From NCBI GenBank assembly GCA_965223545.1, contig OZ245006.1, positions 1-64,000 on the forward strand: a stretch of DNA of 64,000 nucleotides. The letters run 5' to 3'. Source of the DNA: Planctomycetota bacterium (lineage in GTDB: Bacteria > Planctomycetota > UBA1135 > UBA2386). Under the pieces are notes generated by a model. The model was not told the DNA's origin. It was given only the letters and a program-made list of their open reading frames with translations, and did not search any database. Numbering within the stretch: the first letter of the stretch is position 1; the number at the start of each line of letters is the position of its first letter. Below, one piece after another: positions 1 to 9,179 of this stretch. The translations under genes were made by a program, and so were the position numbers.

Positions 1-1185
1 GGCAGCGGTCAGGCGCGGGTGACGATCAACGGGCGGGACCACTACCTCGGGGTCTACGGAACGCCGGAGTCGAAGGAGCGATACCGCAAGGTCCTCGCTC
101 AGCACCTCGGTCGGCGTCCGCGCACGCTAGCCGAGGTCCTCGAAGAGGGTGACGCGCACGAAGCGGTGACCGTCGAAGAGGTGCTCGCTGCCTTCTGGGA
201 GCACGCCAGTGCGGTCTACGTCTACGAGAAGACCGGCAGGCCGAAGCCCGAGCTGTCGAACGTGAAGCATGCGCTCCGCGTGGTGCGGAGCCTCTTCGGT
301 TCGCGCGGCACTCAGGAGCCGAACCTCTTGGCGATCAAGTTTGGTCCGCTCCGGCTCAAGCAGTGCCGGCAGGTCTTTGTCGAGGAAGGCCACACGAGGA
401 GCCACGTCAACGATCAGGTGGCTCGCATCCGGCGTCTGTTTCGGTGGGCTACCGAGAACGAGCTGGTTCCGCCCGCGGTGTTCCACGGTCTCCAGGCCGT
501 GCGTGGACTGCGCCGCGCCGAGGGTGGCGTGCGCGAGGGACGCAAGGTCGAGCCCGTGGCCATGCTGCACGTCGAGGCCGTGCTGCCACACGTCAGCCGA
601 CAGCTCGCCGCGGTGATTCAGCTCCAGCTCCTCACAGGCGCGAGGCCGGGAGAGATCCTCCAGATGCGACCGATGGACATCGACCGCGACGGTCCACACG
701 GGTGTTGGATCTACCGGCCGGCGAGCCACAAGACGGATCACCACGGCCACGACCGCGTCATCTTCATCGGCCCGAAGGGACAGGCAGTCCTCGGACCGTT
801 GCTCGACCGTGGCGAAAGCGCGTTCTGCTTCTCGCCGGCCGAAGCCGAGCGCGACCGGAACGACGCGAAGTCGGCGGCTCGGAAGTGCAAGCCGTCGCGG
901 ATCTACGACCCGAAGAGGCGCCGGAAGGCGAACCCGAAGCGGAAGCCGCAGGACTGCTACACCGTGGCCAGCTACCGGCGGGCCGTGGAGCGGGCGTGCG
1001 AGCGCGCGGGTGTGCCCCGTTGGACTCCGCACCAGCTCCGGCACTCCGCTGCCACTGGACTTCGCCGCGAGTTCGGCGTCGAGACCGCGCAGGTGACGCT
1101 GGGCCACCGGAGCCTCGACGTCACCGAAATCTACGCCGAGAGGGACCTGGACGCAGTCGCGCGCGCGATTGCAAAGGTGGGTTAG
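1..1185 (+). CDS. Tyrosine recombinase/integrase, 5' end cut by window edge
   Basis: Frame is open from base 1 (GSGQARVTINGRDHYLG). Catalytic motifs TGARPGE, HKT, HQLRH, LGH, TEIY. Confidence 0.93.
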   Translation, partial: GSGQARVTINGRDHYLGVYGTPESKERYRKVLAQHLGRRPRTLAEVLEEGDAHEAVTVEEVLAAFWEHASAVYVYEKTGRPKPELSNVKHALRVVRSLFGSRGTQEPNLLAIKFGPLRLKQCRQVFVEEGHTRSHVNDQVARIRRLFRWATENELVPPAVFHGLQAVRGLRRAEGGVREGRKVEPVAMLHVEAVLPHVSRQLAAVIQLQLLTGARPGEILQMRPMDIDRDGPHGCWIYRPASHKTDHHGHDRVIFIGPKGQAVLGPLLDRGESAFCFSPAEAERDRNDAKSAARKCKPSRIYDPKRRRKANPKRKPQDCYTVASYRRAVERACERAGVPRWTPHQLRHSAATGLRREFGVETAQVTLGHRSLDVTEIYAERDLDAVARAIAKVG

Positions 1186-1481
1186 AGACCAGCATCGTCG
1201 AGGATCCGCTTGGCGCGGTTGCGCGCCTTCTTCTTGGCTGCAGGGCCCGGCTGGGGCGACGGTCGCCCCGCCGCCTCGGTGCACGCCTCAACGAAGCGCT
1301 GCACAGCTTCGCGTGATGAGCACAGAACACCGCCGACCATGATGGTCTCCAACCGAACCCTGGCCGGTCCGACGCCCTTCTTGGCGTAGCGGTAGACCAC
1401 GGTGCGGTTGAGCTTGCCGGACGGCCACTGCTCGGCCAGCTCGGCGAGCGGGATGATCTGCTCGGTCCAGACGTCGATCAT
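1182..1481 (-). CDS. DUF1580-like small HTH protein (putative excisionase)
   Basis: 99 aa; pattern TVVYRYAKKGV...VRLETIMVGG..CSSREAVQRF; convergent with and overlapping the integrase stop. Confidence 0.75.
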   Translation of the reverse strand: MIDVWTEQIIPLAELAEQWPSGKLNRTVVYRYAKKGVGPARVRLETIMVGGVLCSSREAVQRFVEACTEAAGRPSPQPGPAAKKKARNRAKRILDDAGL

Positions 1482-2062
1482 CGCCGCCCCCTTGTCGATC
1501 GACAGAGGGGCCGACAGCGATCGGCGTGGACAAGTGGCAAGGCTGATGGGAACACGGGACCTCCGTTCGGGAAGCCGTCCGTCGACGAGTCAACGGACGC
1601 AGCGCACGGATGCCGATCCCCGCTGCTGTTGGTTGTGCTTCCTACCGCCCCTCCGCAGGGGTTTCGGGTCCCTTGGAGTCGTCGCGGGCAACGCGGCCAC
1701 CGTGGTCGCGGCGGGCCCGTTTCGACACCCTACTCGGTCGTGCTCAGCGCCTTTCGTCTATGTCCCGTCCCAGCGGGGTCCTGAGCGACGTTCCGCTGAG
1801 CCTGTCCGCGCCGCGCACGGCCGGCCAGATCGCCATCCTTCGCCGAGGCTTCGGCAGCAGCTCGGCGGGGTGACGGTTCGACCAAGGCTACCTCGTGCAC
1901 GGTGACCGTGTCGGCGATGGTCGCTGGTGGTCTCGGGTCGGGATTGCGGGGTTGCGCTGATGCGTTGGTTGCGCATCCTGCGCATGCCGGGGCATCGCAC
2001 AAGTCGTCCCAGAGGGTCGCAGGAGCGTTCTCGTAGAGGCTCCACGTAGCCGTCCTCCCGGG

Positions 2063-2632
2063 TTAGCCCGCTCTGGTCAGCAAGATCGACTCGACGTCCC
2101 CTTGGCCGATGTCTGCTGCTTGTCGGAGGTGCAGCTTGGTCTTCTTGATCGCTACCTGAAGCCCGGGCCTTGCCGTTCCTGCGACGATCGTCAGAGGGGC
2201 GAGCATGTAGAACCCGGAGGCCTTGAAGGCCTTCTTGAAGTTGCTGAGGTGAGGCGATCCTGGGGCGGGCTCCATTCGATGGTGTCGAGCGGTCAACAAG
2301 ACTTCTTGTGCATCGAGTTCGACGCCGTGAACTTGTGCTCTACGAACGGTGTTACCCGGCTCTGAGGTGACAAGGATCGAGTAGCCGGCGGGGGCGCCCG
2401 CAATGGGGCCTTCAACTATCGAAAGTCGTATCTCTTCAAACTGGTCAACCGCGCCAACGCGGTCTCGCCAGCCTTCGAAGATCGCAAGCCCTGCCGTAGC
2501 GTCGCGGAACTGCAGCGCAATCACGGGCGGAGCCGTGTTGTCAGGGTCGGTAAGATATGCAGTCCCATGCCATCCGGCGGCATCCCACCGAGGGGTATCG
2601 ATGAAAGACTGCACTAGCAACTCACGCCTCAT
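2063..2632 (-). CDS. Hypothetical cargo protein, about 189 aa
   Basis: ATG at 2632 preceded by GGAGGT; globular-looking sequence (FIDTPRWDAAGW...PPVIALQF); lower GC than flanks. Confidence 0.65.
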   Translation of the reverse strand: MRRELLVQSFIDTPRWDAAGWHGTAYLTDPDNTAPPVIALQFRDATAGLAIFEGWRDRVGAVDQFEEIRLSIVEGPIAGAPAGYSILVTSEPGNTVRRAQVHGVELDAQEVLLTARHHRMEPAPGSPHLSNFKKAFKASGFYMLAPLTIVAGTARPGLQVAIKKTKLHLRQAADIGQGDVESILLTRAG

Positions 2633-2765
2633 TCCTTGGCACCTCCAATCCTGTTGAAAGGGATGCCGGTGGGTATCGGTGAGCCGCAGCTTGCCGCTGA
2701 ACCAGAACGCGTGCACCAAATAGCTACGCTTCCTCAAGCCGGGCGTCGCGGCGGTCGAAATGGCT

Positions 2766-2785
2766 ACAGGTCTCATCAGACCTGT
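2766..2785. promoter_or_regulatory. Perfect 8-4-8 inverted repeat upstream of the second recombinase
   Basis: ACAGGTCT-catc-AGACCTGT between two divergent genes. Confidence 0.45.
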
Positions 2786-2813
2786 GACAAACGACCAACT
2801 CAGAGCCGACACC

Positions 2814-3410
2814 ATGACGAAGCTGCCAGTCGAGATCCTCACCCGTGACGAGGTCGGCGCGCTCATGCGCGCATGCAACCGCCGGTCGCCGTCCGGGCTC
2901 CGCGACCGCGCGTTGATCGCGCTGCTCTACGGTTCCGGACTACGGATCGCGGAGGCGTTGGCGCTGCGCCCGCGGGACGTCGACCTCGATGCCGGGACCG
3001 TGCGAGTGCATCGCGGCAAGGGTGGGAAGGCGAGGACCTCCGGAGTCGAGGAGGGCATGGCCGCGGTGGTCCGGGAGTGGATGGGCCTCAGAGCCGCGAG
3101 GTTGGCCCTCAACGGCTCCGTGCCGATCTTCTGTCAGATCACCCGCGGGAAGGTGGGGGAGCCGCTACAGCAAGCCTGTGTCCGTCAGATGCTCCGGCGT
3201 CGAGCGACCAAGGCAGGCATCGAGAAGAGGGTGCATGCGCACGGTCTTCGCCACAGCCACGCCGCGAACCTGGCGAGCGCCGCGATCCCGCTCAACGTGA
3301 TCCAGCGGCAGTTGGGGCACAGCAACGTCGCGACCACGTCGCGCTACATCGACCACGTGGCTCCCGCCGACGTGGTTGCCGCGGTGCGAGGTCTGGGCCG
3401 CGGCGCCTGA
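2814..3410 (+). CDS. Short tyrosine recombinase, catalytic domain only (FimB/resolvase-like size)
   Basis: 198 aa; GLRIAE, GKGGK, HGLRHS, LGHS, TSRY motifs; no N-terminal core-binding domain. Confidence 0.9.
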   Translation: MTKLPVEILTRDEVGALMRACNRRSPSGLRDRALIALLYGSGLRIAEALALRPRDVDLDAGTVRVHRGKGGKARTSGVEEGMAAVVREWMGLRAARLALNGSVPIFCQITRGKVGEPLQQACVRQMLRRRATKAGIEKRVHAHGLRHSHAANLASAAIPLNVIQRQLGHSNVATTSRYIDHVAPADVVAAVRGLGRGA

Positions 3411-3761
3411 GAGCGCCAGTGTGCGGCCCGGCACTCGGGTGCCCAATCGGACCTCGGGTGTTCCGGACGCCAGCAGGGGCGACCCTGCGGCTTCTGAGCA
3501 GGCGTGGCTTGCGTCGTCGACTGTGAGGTTGGTCCTGCCGCCGGCTCGTCTTCGCCGGGGAGAGCCAATTCCTCCGATAGTGTCGCCGATTGCGCGATCA
3601 CCATGGCTTGGCGGCCGGAGAGTGGGAGCCCCGAGCTATGCGGTAGTGCGTGCGCGAGCCATGGTGGTATCGGTCGGCTTCATTGCTCCGCCGGGGGTGG
3701 AGGCAGTGCACGTCTCTGCGGAGCATTGCACGGACCAGCGGCATAGGGATCTCGGTCCAAG

Positions 3762-4171
3762 ACTACCGGCCCACTCCATCTTACCCATACCATCGGGGCT
3801 GTAGATTGACCACGACGGCTCAGCGGGCCGGTAGTGGGACGCAGCGGGCCGGTAGTTCCGGCCCGGGTCAATCGACCATAGCAATGGAGGTTCCATACCA
3901 AGCCATGGCTTGGGACGCAACCGATCAAGTTCTCCCGCTGACCGTAGTGCATAGAGGTAGGGGGGGGAGGGAGGGTATAGGGTGGTGGCATCCCAGTTCT
4001 CTGACTTACTTCTACTTCTGTCCCAAGAGGGTAGTAGTAAGAGGAAGTGTCAATAGCATCGGTGGTTTGGGCGGGCCGGAACTACTGTCCCACTACCGGC
4101 CCGCTCCCGTCTAGGAATCGTCCGCATCTCCTATGGTAAGGGCGTGATAGAGCGGGCCGGACTTCCGGCCC
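3762..4171. repeat. Iteron-like repeat field (GGGCCGG[TAGT] in both orientations), putative replication origin
   Basis: Eight GGGCCGG/CCGGCCC cores near 3766, 3825, 3846, 3858, 4073, 4096, 4154, 4165. AGCGGGCCGGTAGTGGGAC (3822-3840) recurs inverted at 4087-4105. Palindrome CCAAGCCATGGCTTGG at 3898-3913. Confidence 0.65.
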
Positions 4172-4362
4172 ACATGCGAGTAGAGGCCGTAGACCGCTCC
4201 TATTCGCGATTTCTGCTCGCACGGCCTCCTTGCCAAGCAACCACGTAGTAGCCTTCGGAGCTGGGAGCCGTTGGGTTGATCTCCGACGGTGGGGCATCCG
4301 CCCTCGCCCCGACCCAGCACCGTTTCCACCTGGGGGCGGTGTGCAGCGAGAAGGAGGGCGAG

Positions 4363-5286
4363 ATGGACAGCACGACGACGACGCCGAGCAAGCGAGTTCG
4401 GCAGGCGATGGCACGATGCGATCGAGAGGCGGACCTCGGCGTCGACCGGCTGCCGGAGTGGTGCGTTCTGCAGGAGGCCCACTCCGACTCGGTAGTCGAG
4501 GCGTGCCGCCAGCTCATCGCGGAGGTTGGACGACTGTCCGCGCCCGAGTTCTTCTGGGCGCGCTTTCTCGATGAGTCCACGGTCGATCTGGACCGGCTGA
4601 AGGTAGTCGCCACGACCGCGCGAGACGCGGTCAAGCCTCTGCTGGCTGCCCACCATGGCAGCCGTGAGTTTGCGGTCCCCGGGCGCGTCGCCGGCTCTGC
4701 TTTCGAGGCGGTCGGCATCCTGGCGAACGAGATTCTGCGGTCGATGGCGTCGTGGGAGCCCGATGAGGTGGAGTTCGACCCTGAGCCAGACCCTGCCGCG
4801 GGCGAGCAGCTCCCGTGCCGGTTCCTCCCTCGTGTCGATGGCGTTGATGCTGACGTGCTGATGGAGATCTACCGGGCGTGCTGTGCTGTCGCTGGGCCTG
4901 CGTCGGCAACGTCGAAAAGTGCTTCCGCAAGCCGCGAAAGGCAGTCGGTCGCGGAACCGGTCTGGAGCGACTTCGATGGGAGTTGCTTCGCGAGTCCGTT
5001 GGCCGCGATGATCGGGCTGGCGCTGACAGGATCGGGAGCGGATCTGCGCTCGGGGCCCGCGATCGTTGACGCGATCGAGCGCAGGCATCGAGAGACCGAC
5101 TTTGCCCTCTTCTACGGGCGCTGCACCGTGTCTGCGAACACTGTGCGTCCCATGACTACGAAGATGCGCGAGGAAGGGCTGCTGACGGGGTCCGCCAACC
5201 AGCAGAAGCGGCAGTTGACCGAGCGTGGCATAGCTCTGGTCGATGCGGCCGTGCAGCGGCTCCGAGAGCCGTCTACTGGCGACTGA
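4363..5286 (+). CDS. Hypothetical protein with probable C-terminal winged HTH
   Basis: ATG 4363 after AAGGAGG; C-terminus VSANTVRPMTTKMREEGLL...RQLTERG looks like a wHTH. Confidence 0.6.
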   Translation: MDSTTTTPSKRVRQAMARCDREADLGVDRLPEWCVLQEAHSDSVVEACRQLIAEVGRLSAPEFFWARFLDESTVDLDRLKVVATTARDAVKPLLAAHHGSREFAVPGRVAGSAFEAVGILANEILRSMASWEPDEVEFDPEPDPAAGEQLPCRFLPRVDGVDADVLMEIYRACCAVAGPASATSKSASASRERQSVAEPVWSDFDGSCFASPLAAMIGLALTGSGADLRSGPAIVDAIERRHRETDFALFYGRCTVSANTVRPMTTKMREEGLLTGSANQQKRQLTERGIALVDAAVQRLREPSTGD

Positions 5287-5387
5287 GCAGCCCGCGAGGG
5301 CAAGAAGGTAATCCGCCAGCTCACCTGCTTGCCCTCCTTGGTTGGTGTGTTCTTCGAGGTAGTGAGTTTCACCTCGGAGCAAACGCA

Positions 5388-5741
5388 ATGACCAGCGCAG
5401 ATATCGGCCCGCGAGCCGGCGAAGAGCTGCACGAGATCAACGCCGAGTTCGCCGAGCTGGTCAGCCAGCAACTCGGCTTCCCCGTTACCCTCTCAACCCT
5501 CAGATACGGATACCGTCGAGGCACCGCGACACCGCAGGGCCGTGTGCGTCTCGGCGTGCTCAAGTTCGGTCGAACCGTGGTCAGTTCTGTCAAGGCGGTG
5601 CGGCGGTGGGCCGGGGCGGTGGCAGCCGCGAGCGCGTTCGACGGGATCGAGGTCACCACGGCCAGCGATGATTCCGCTCGGTCGAGCACGGCCCGCGTCA
5701 GGCAGGCCGAGGAAGTGCTGCGCGCTGAGGGGCTCCTGTGA
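5388..5741 (+). CDS. Second DUF1580-like HTH protein
   Basis: STLRYGYRRG...RVRLGVLKFGRTVVSSVKAVRRW...EEVLRAEGL parallels the 1182-1481 protein. Confidence 0.65.
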   Translation: MTSADIGPRAGEELHEINAEFAELVSQQLGFPVTLSTLRYGYRRGTATPQGRVRLGVLKFGRTVVSSVKAVRRWAGAVAAASAFDGIEVTTASDDSARSSTARVRQAEEVLRAEGLL

Positions 5742-8428
5742 CCTTCAACATCCTAACCACCCCCGACGTCCGCCAAAGGGGGATCGGAAGCATGCAAGAG
5801 GCCGGAGAGGTCTCGCAACGCTTCGCTGTCGAGCCTGTCGATTCCTTGTTTGGAAAGGCCTGGGCCGATGATCGACACTTCGTCGGCTACAGGCTGCACG
5901 GCAAGGACGGCGAGGAGCTGGCACAGGACGAGCAGCCCCGCCTGCGCAAGAGCGTGCGCGGGGAGATCGAGCAGGCTGGTGGCGCGGTGCGCTGCTGGGG
6001 CTTCGTCGGCGACTACGACCTGAACGAGAACGTGCCGGACTCCGTGCTCACCGCGGCAGGGTGGAACGGTGAAGGCAAGCGGCCGAAGATCGCGTGGACC
6101 CAGGAGCTGCTGGACCAGTTCACCACCAAGCTCGAGGGCGTAGTTGAGTCCCTGCGAGCCAGAGACCTTGGCCCGGGCTACATCTACCTGACCAACCACG
6201 GCGCGCGCTTCGTTCACTTCTACAGCACCGACCTCGATCCGCAGCAGCACGAGGAAGTCACCGGCGGAATGATCGGGCTCTACGCCGAGCTGGGCGTGGT
6301 GCTCGACGACGCGTGCGTCGACTGGACCCGCATGTTCCGCGCGCCGCGTGTGCGTCGACGCGTGGGCGGGACCGACATCGACACGGGCGACCAGCAGTGG
6401 TTCAAGGATTGGCACTACCGCAACTGCTGGACGATCCCTGCGCTGGCCCCGCGCACCTCGCGCCTCGCTGACAGCTACGCGCACGTCTCCGAGTATGTCG
6501 GCGACCGCCCGTCGGCCGAGGAGTGCCTCGACCTGCTGGTGGAGGATCCTGCCACCGGACGCCCGACCGAGACCTCCAAGAATTTGAAGCGGCTGTTCAA
6601 GCGCAAAGGCTTGGATCTTCTGATGGACATCCTTGTTGGCAAGATCGTCACCCTGCCTGAGGGCGGCCGAGACAGCACCTTGACCAGCCTCACCGGGCAG
6701 CTCGCGGTCCACATCTACGAGCAGGACTGGGCCAGCCCAGAGCTGATGTATGCCGTGCTCCTGCCCGTGCTTGAGCAGCTGGAGCCGGACCAGGGCACAC
6801 CCGACTGGTTCGACAAGTGCTGGCAGCTATGCAAGGGCATGTGGACGAAGGAGATGTCCAAGGCCAAGGCCAAGACGCTCGAGAAGGAGCAAGAGGAGGA
6901 GCGCAACCTCTCGAAGCTGGACCACCTACTCGAGTGCGTGCGCCGCCTCTACCCGAAGAACGCACTGCTGCAAGGCGACGACCACGTGGCGCTGGTGGAG
7001 CTATCGCGCATGGGCATGGTCAAGTCCGGCCCCACCATCTACGTGCTGCGCAGGGACGGCTACTACGACCCGCAGCCCTGCTCGACCGCCGTGCTGCCGG
7101 GCAAGGTGATCGACCTGGGCATGGAGTTCCTCATGCCCACCGAGATCAAGGGCGTGTTGCTCAAGGGATCAGAGATGCTGATGCAGTATGGGCGTGAGGT
7201 GTCGAAGGTGGAGGGCTCTGCGGCAGCGACGGCGGGGTCTCTGCGCGATGGAGCCCTTGTCGTGCCTTGCTATCAACGACGGCAGATACCTCGTCGGTTC
7301 AGGCGACGTGTCCACCGGTGGCTTAGAAAGATGCTTGGCTCGAAGTGGAGCCTTGTATGTCTTTGGATTGGGGAAGCTCTGGCCTTCGACGAGCTGAGAC
7401 CGCTGCCGTTGCTGCTGTTGGTTGGCGAGTCCGGTTCCGGCAAATCGCTGATCGTGGCGGGCATGGCCGACGCGACGGACGCGCGGAAGGCAGCAGATGG
7501 CCGGCGGGCACTTCGCAGGTTCAACGCCGTTCTTCTCGGGACGCCCTTCATTCACTTCGACGAGGACATCCCACGGCTGGCACGCGAGGACGGATCGACG
7601 ACAGAGCTGCTCCGCTCATTTGTTGGCGGTAGCCCGAGGAGGGCGATCGAGCGCAAGGGGCGCGAGGCCGAGACCCTAGAAGCGCACCCTCGGTTCGTTG
7701 CCACGATGAACTCCCAGCAGCGCGCCCTTTCTCAGCTGCTCGGTGACGGGGACCTGAGTCGCGACGACGTGGAAGCGATTGCGAACAGGGTCTTGGCTGT
7801 CGACATCGTCACTGGCACAGCCGCGTGGCTCAGTCTGCAGGCGGAGCGTAGCAGTCGGCCCTACACCGACAAGTGGCTCGAAGACGACTCGCTGGCGCAG
7901 CACTTTCTCTGGTGCTACGAGAACCGGGACCTGCTGCGAGCCAGACTGGAAGCCCGCGGTGAGCTACCAGCAAGCTCGAAGCATGGCCGGCTACTGCTGC
8001 CGTCAAACGCCCACGGCTTGTTGCGTCTGCGGGATGCCGACGATGCCGTTCCTGACCTCCTTGTCCGAAACGCAGCGGAGCTGTTCATCGGGGAGCCTGC
8101 GAGCCAGCTGAGCCGTGGCGCGGGTGCTGCGTTCCGTCAGGGGAGGAAGCTCTTCTTCTGCATCAAGCCGCTCGTCGAGCAGGTTGGGTCGTTGCTCGGC
8201 CCCACGCGCCGGGAACGAATGCAGGCCATCGACAGGATCTGCGTCGGCAGCGCGCCTGACAACCCATGGCGTCCTGCTCCCGGTGCGAGGAAAGCCCGTT
8301 GGCGGCAGCTGGACTCCGACCTGGTGATTCAGGTGCTGCGGGGCCGTGGTTTCGAGGATCTGGCCGACTCGCTGGAGCGGGTGTCAGAGACGCATGGTCC
8401 TCGGGCCATGGGCGGAGGCGCGGCATGA
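5738..8428 (+). CDS. Primase-polymerase (AEP-like) + PriCT-like + SF3/DUF5906-type helicase
   Basis: N-terminal GDYD, YLTNHGARF and DWTRMFRAPRV motifs; EGGRDSTL (PriCT-like); Walker A GESGSGKS, Walker B FIHFDE, IERKG and ATMN (motif C). Confidence 0.78.
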   Translation: MTFNILTTPDVRQRGIGSMQEAGEVSQRFAVEPVDSLFGKAWADDRHFVGYRLHGKDGEELAQDEQPRLRKSVRGEIEQAGGAVRCWGFVGDYDLNENVPDSVLTAAGWNGEGKRPKIAWTQELLDQFTTKLEGVVESLRARDLGPGYIYLTNHGARFVHFYSTDLDPQQHEEVTGGMIGLYAELGVVLDDACVDWTRMFRAPRVRRRVGGTDIDTGDQQWFKDWHYRNCWTIPALAPRTSRLADSYAHVSEYVGDRPSAEECLDLLVEDPATGRPTETSKNLKRLFKRKGLDLLMDILVGKIVTLPEGGRDSTLTSLTGQLAVHIYEQDWASPELMYAVLLPVLEQLEPDQGTPDWFDKCWQLCKGMWTKEMSKAKAKTLEKEQEEERNLSKLDHLLECVRRLYPKNALLQGDDHVALVELSRMGMVKSGPTIYVLRRDGYYDPQPCSTAVLPGKVIDLGMEFLMPTEIKGVLLKGSEMLMQYGREVSKVEGSAAATAGSLRDGALVVPCYQRRQIPRRFRRRVHRWLRKMLGSKWSLVCLWIGEALAFDELRPLPLLLLVGESGSGKSLIVAGMADATDARKAADGRRALRRFNAVLLGTPFIHFDEDIPRLAREDGSTTELLRSFVGGSPRRAIERKGREAETLEAHPRFVATMNSQQRALSQLLGDGDLSRDDVEAIANRVLAVDIVTGTAAWLSLQAERSSRPYTDKWLEDDSLAQHFLWCYENRDLLRARLEARGELPASSKHGRLLLPSNAHGLLRLRDADDAVPDLLVRNAAELFIGEPASQLSRGAGAAFRQGRKLFFCIKPLVEQVGSLLGPTRRERMQAIDRICVGSAPDNPWRPAPGARKARWRQLDSDLVIQVLRGRGFEDLADSLERVSETHGPRAMGGGAA

Positions 8429-8715
8429 TCACCGACAAAGAGCTGGTCGAACTGGCAGTCAGCCTGTTGCTGGCCACCCACCCGCATGATGACGCGGGCG
8501 CCCCCAAGCCGGGCAGCCTGGAGTGGCAGCACGCCGTTCAGGTGGTCGTCGGCCACCTGGCTTGGATGCGGGACAACGGCGTGCCGTTGCCGCCGGTGAT
8601 CGTCGCCGATGAGCAAGCGCGTGCGGCGTCCGCATGGTTGCTGGAGAAGTGTCGGCAGGACGCGCAGGCCAGAGTTGTCGAGGCCGCGGAGCGCGCGGCG
8701 AAGGAGGGGCAGTGA
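8425..8715 (+). CDS. Hypothetical protein
   Basis: ATGA overlap with the primase stop; GGAGG RBS; 96 aa. Confidence 0.6.
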   Translation: MITDKELVELAVSLLLATHPHDDAGAPKPGSLEWQHAVQVVVGHLAWMRDNGVPLPPVIVADEQARAASAWLLEKCRQDAQARVVEAAERAAKEGQ

Positions 8716-9179
8716 TGCGTGGTATGACACCAGAAGAAGCGTGTCGCGAGATATCACGGCGTGGGCAACCAGTGCCGTCGTCCTGCCCCTACGAGCTTGG
8801 CAGCCTCATCGCTGAGACGCTCGAAGGACTATTGAAGCCCCTACCAGTGGACGAGAGACGCCAGCGTTTCCAAGAAGGCAACCAGTGGTTGCAGGATGCG
8901 TTCTTCGCACTGCGCCCTTCGCGGCGACCGAGGAACGAACTGGAGATGCTGGATCTCTACTCCTTCATCTCCGCATGCGCGATGGATCATCAAGTGGCGG
9001 ACGTTGGCGCGTTCAGCCTCGACGGCCACGAAGACGTAGACGGCCGCTACGAGCGTGCGGCCAAAGAGCGCCACCTGCGACTCGGCTTGTTCGTTGCCGA
9101 GGACTGGTGGTTCGGGGCAGGAATGAAGGCGGCACGGCGGCGGCACGACCTCCTCGCTGACGAGAGGTATTCACCATGA
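8715..9179 (+). CDS. Hypothetical protein
   Basis: Coupled to both neighbours; AAGGAGG RBS. Confidence 0.6.
   Translation: MRGMTPEEACREISRRGQPVPSSCPYELGSLIAETLEGLLKPLPVDERRQRFQEGNQWLQDAFFALRPSRRPRNELEMLDLYSFISACAMDHQVADVGAFSLDGHEDVDGRYERAAKERHLRLGLFVAEDWWFGAGMKAARRRHDLLADERYSP

Noticed and set aside
1500..2060. Short ORFs such as 1730-2002 and 1402-1905
   Set aside because: No motifs, RBS or codon bias; probably non-coding or decayed sequence.
3762..4171. CRISPR array
   Set aside because: Repeats are short, in mixed orientation and irregularly spaced; no cas genes in the window.
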